Of a stretch of 36,914 nt of DNA, positions 35,851 through 36,914 are shown one piece after another (within the stretch, counting starts at the first letter, position 1; each line of letters opens with the position of its first letter). Below the pieces are notes generated by a model. It had not been told where the DNA came from. It saw only the letters and a program-made list of their open reading frames with translations, and made no database searches. The translations under genes and the position numbers were made by a program. The DNA is from a virus (taxonomy: Duplodnaviria > Caudoviricetes), in the IMG/VR virus record IMGVR_UViG_3300025018_000069, positions 1-36,914 of that record; one strand, 5' to 3'.

Positions 35851-36914
35851 ATGCGAGAAATATCACTGCCTATCGAACACATCAGCTACAGCTCAATGAG
35901 GAAGTTCTGTAACAACCCCCAGATGTTCTTCAAAAACTACATTTTAGGAATCTGGGACTTCAAACAAAGCATGGTAATGCTAGTAGGAAGTGCATTCCAC
36001 AAAACAATGGAACACTACTACAAAACAGGAGACCTAGATACGGCCATAACCATCGGTTCAGCATACATAAGCACCATTAAAGAAGACGAAATCCAATGGG
36101 GAAAAACAGGCACTAGAGAGGCTGCACAAAAGAGATTAGCCTCAGCAGTGAACTTCTACATGAACGAACAGCCAGAAGTCGGAAAAGTAATCGGAGTCGA
36201 AGAAGTAGTCACCACAGACAGAGGATTCGGCGGACAACCACTCCCAGTACCAGTCAAAGCGGTAACTGACCTAGTAACCGAAAGAGACGGCAAACTACAC
36301 CTCTGGGACTATAAAGTAGTGAGTAGCTTTACAGACCAAGAAACAGAAGACCCACTCAAAATAATCCAGGCAATGTTCAACTTCATAACCCAGACAGCAA
36401 AACATGGTAAAGAACCAGTAGACTTCACATATCTAGAGATAAAAGCGAGCAAAAACAAAGACGGAAGCCCACAAGTACAACCATATAAAATAATCTACTC
36501 AGAGCAGGAACAGTACAAAACATTCTTCCTAAAGCTCTACACCGACGTCATAGTCGAACTATCAAGAGAAGACCGCAGATGGCTGCCAAACTTCGGAGAC
36601 ATGTTAACAGGAGCTGAAAGCTGGGAAGACTACATCAGCGATACCCTAGACTTCAAAAAACTACCCGATGTAAGTCACAGAGCTAACCTAAAACAGGTCC
36701 AAGTCAAAGGATATGAGGCATCGGACATCGAAACCGACGAAACCCTCACAAAAGAGCAAAAAATCAAAGCAAAGCTCCAAGAGTTCGCAATGCCAGTCGA
36801 AATGAGGGAAACCCACACAGGCCACAACGTCATACTCTACACAATGACACCAGCTAGAGGCATCAGAATGACCAACTTCGACAAACACGTCAAAGACATA
36901 AAACTAGCCCTAGA
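35851..36914 (+). CDS. PD-(D/E)xK (RecB/PDDEXK_1-like) nuclease fused to an FtsK motor; 650 aa, continues across the junction to 1016
   Basis: Hand translation has no stop: MREISLPIEHISYSS...GSAFHKTME...GVEE...AVTDLV...LWDYK...Q, then KIKAKLQEFAMPVEMRETHTGHNVILYTMTPARG (FtsK alpha domain); AAGGA RBS. Confidence 0.9.
   Translation, partial: MREISLPIEHISYSSMRKFCNNPQMFFKNYILGIWDFKQSMVMLVGSAFHKTMEHYYKTGDLDTAITIGSAYISTIKEDEIQWGKTGTREAAQKRLASAVNFYMNEQPEVGKVIGVEEVVTTDRGFGGQPLPVPVKAVTDLVTERDGKLHLWDYKVVSSFTDQETEDPLKIIQAMFNFITQTAKHGKEPVDFTYLEIKASKNKDGSPQVQPYKIIYSEQEQYKTFFLKLYTDVIVELSREDRRWLPNFGDMLTGAESWEDYISDTLDFKKLPDVSHRANLKQVQVKGYEASDIETDETLTKEQKIKAKLQEFAMPVEMRETHTGHNVILYTMTPARGIRMTNFDKHVKDIKLAL
36788..36914. 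repeat. Terminal direct repeat (copy 2)
   Basis: Identical to 1-127. Confidence 0.97.

Noticed and set aside
35851-36500. Cas4 / CRISPR adaptation gene
   Set aside because: No four-Cys Fe-S motif, no other cas genes and no repeat-spacer array seen
50-36888. Numerous minus-strand ORFs in the track (e.g. 21826-22752, 27774-28352)
   Set aside because: Shadows of + strand genes; they are S/F/L-rich and lack motifs
1-36914. Stop-codon reassignment (code 15/25) suggested by a CPR host and phage tRNAs
   Set aside because: Code 11 gives dense, intact genes; TAA, TAG and TGA all end real genes; no suppressor anticodon

Overview
The window is a complete, circularly assembled ~36.8 kb dsDNA phage genome: bases 1-127 are identical to 36788-36914, so the unit length is 36,787 bp. 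Almost all genes lie on the strongly A/C-rich, T-poor + strand. The architecture is podovirus-like: TerS/TerL, portal, scaffold, major capsid, ejection proteins including a 1731-aa polyvalent protein, adaptor, nozzle, fibre, LamG-type receptor-binding protein, C39-like endolysin and holin. GroEL/GroES signatures and one small conserved protein suggest a Patescibacteria (CPR, probably Microgenomates) host; this is inference from memory of those families. The most notable item is missed by the ORF track: a 650-aa PD-(D/E)xK nuclease-FtsK motor fusion (35851 through the junction to 1016) directly behind a RecT-like annealing protein. I recognise no polymerase, primase, helicase, initiator or integrase, and there is a structured non-coding region at ~33940-34600 that may be the origin. 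Other highlights: phage GroEL+GroES with an Acb1-like anti-CBASS enzyme in the same cluster; a 16-bp near-palindromic motif at five promoter regions with an unannotated ribbon-helix-helix regulator; an orphan HigA-like antitoxin; two atypical tRNAs; apparent GATC avoidance; a dual-start holin; and a glycosyltransferase in the virion module. All family calls are by eye from motifs; no searches were run.
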